NCBI GenBank assembly: GCA_019428945.1
Contig: JAHYJM010000003.1
Span: 4,792-68,791, forward strand
Origin: Bacillota bacterium
GTDB lineage: Bacteria > Bacillota > Dethiobacteria > DTU022
Length of the DNA: 64,000 nt
Direction of reading: 5' to 3'
Shown: in pieces, positions 63,353-64,000 of the stretch
How positions within the stretch are numbered: position 1 is the stretch's first letter
Layout of the letters: each line of letters begins with the position of its first letter
Position numbers and translations under genes: made by a program
Notes under the pieces: generated by a model
Databases searched by the model: none
What the model saw: the letters and a program-made list of their open reading frames with translations, nothing else
Told to the model about the DNA's origin: nothing

Positions 63353-64000
63353 TTGAACAGTAGAGAAATAAGCCTTGGTTTTAACCTTGAGAGGCTGCAG
63401 GAAGCATCATTACATGAAGGACTAATATTAGGCAGAGTAATTTCTCAATCGAAGGAGCTCTATAAGGTTGCCACATCTGATTCTGAAATTATAGCTGAAA
63501 TTACTGGAAAATTTCGTTACGATGCAGCTTCAGTTGTAGATTTTCCTGCAGTTGGAGACTATGTGATGATTGATCATGCAAACAGCGCTTCAGGTATAGC
63601 AATAATCCACTATGTTCTGAAAAGAAAGAGTATATTTGAAAGAAAGGCAGCAGGGACAGGACAGGGAACACAAATTATTGCTGTTAATATTGATACTGTT
63701 TTCATCTGTATGGCTCTTAATAATGATTTTAACCTGCGTCGGCTTGAACGTTATCTTTCAATTGCCTGGGCAAGCGGAGCCCTGCCCGTGGTTGTTCTAA
63801 CCAAGGCAGATCTATGCAATAACCTTGCAGAGAAAATAACTGATGTTAATTCTGCTGCTGCAGGAGCTGATATTTTGGTCACAAACAGCCTCTCGGAAGA
63901 TGGTTACCGGCCGATTAGACAATATGTAACACCCGGTAAAACTGTTGCTTTTATCGGTTCTTCGGGAGTAGGGAAATCGACTCTTGTCAATCGGCTGCTC
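63353..64000 (+). CDS. rsgA: ribosome small-subunit-dependent GTPase A, 5' partial (runs off the window)
   Basis: In-frame to the window end. OB-fold N-terminus then G-domain motifs in circularly permuted order (NIDTVFIC, VVLTKADL, GSSGVGKSTLVNRLL). TTG at 63353 or GTG at 63338. Confidence 0.8.
   Translation, partial: MNSREISLGFNLERLQEASLHEGLILGRVISQSKELYKVATSDSEIIAEITGKFRYDAASVVDFPAVGDYVMIDHANSASGIAIIHYVLKRKSIFERKAAGTGQGTQIIAVNIDTVFICMALNNDFNLRRLERYLSIAWASGALPVVVLTKADLCNNLAEKITDVNSAAAGADILVTNSLSEDGYRPIRQYVTPGKTVAFIGSSGVGKSTLVNRLL

Overview
The window comes from a low-GC Gram-positive (Clostridia-like) chromosome and splits into a conserved half and an accessory half.

Conserved half (1 to about 31.6 kb):
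- All on the + strand, in canonical order.
- rpoB and rpoC.
- The str operon: L7Ae-like gene, rpsL, rpsG, fusA, tuf.
- The S10, spc and alpha operons, from rpsJ to rplQ, including secY, map, a KOW-domain protein, infA and rpmJ.
- Then ecfA1, ecfA2, ecfT, truA, rplM and rpsI.
- Two oddities stand out: adk is absent between secY and map, and RpoB carries an unusually long acidic C-terminal tail.

Accessory half (31.6 to 64 kb):
- A frameshifted PlsC-like acyltransferase, an MBL-fold hydrolase and a PcrB/GGGPS-like prenyltransferase.
- A minus-strand molybdenum-cofactor operon: moeA, a moeA-PBP-like fusion, moaA, a mobB-moaC fusion and a MOSC-mogA fusion. A candidate Moco riboswitch and ATGTCAC direct repeats lie upstream of it.
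- A split short-chain ChrA pair with a MarR-family regulator.
- An AmmeMemoRadiSam-type system: a LigB/Memo-superfamily-AMMECR1 fusion followed by a radical-SAM activase-like gene, function unknown.
- The conserved cdaA-cdaR-glmM-glmS cluster.
- glnS, an MFS permease, a cyclic amidohydrolase, a zinc-ribbon protein and an orphan 4-hydroxybutyryl-CoA dehydratase (AbfD).
- A DUF45 metallopeptidase, then a decayed region with a MATE-transporter remnant, palindromes and a well-signalled 44-aa membrane ORF.
- DUF3267 and DUF77 genes.
- An ArsR/CadC-like repressor with its promoter and operator, and a CPC-type heavy-metal ATPase lacking an HMA domain.
- An N-terminally truncated flavodoxin, and the 5' part of rsgA.

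No rRNA, tRNA, CRISPR array or obvious mobile element was seen. All calls were made by eye from the sequence and motif knowledge; no database searches were run.
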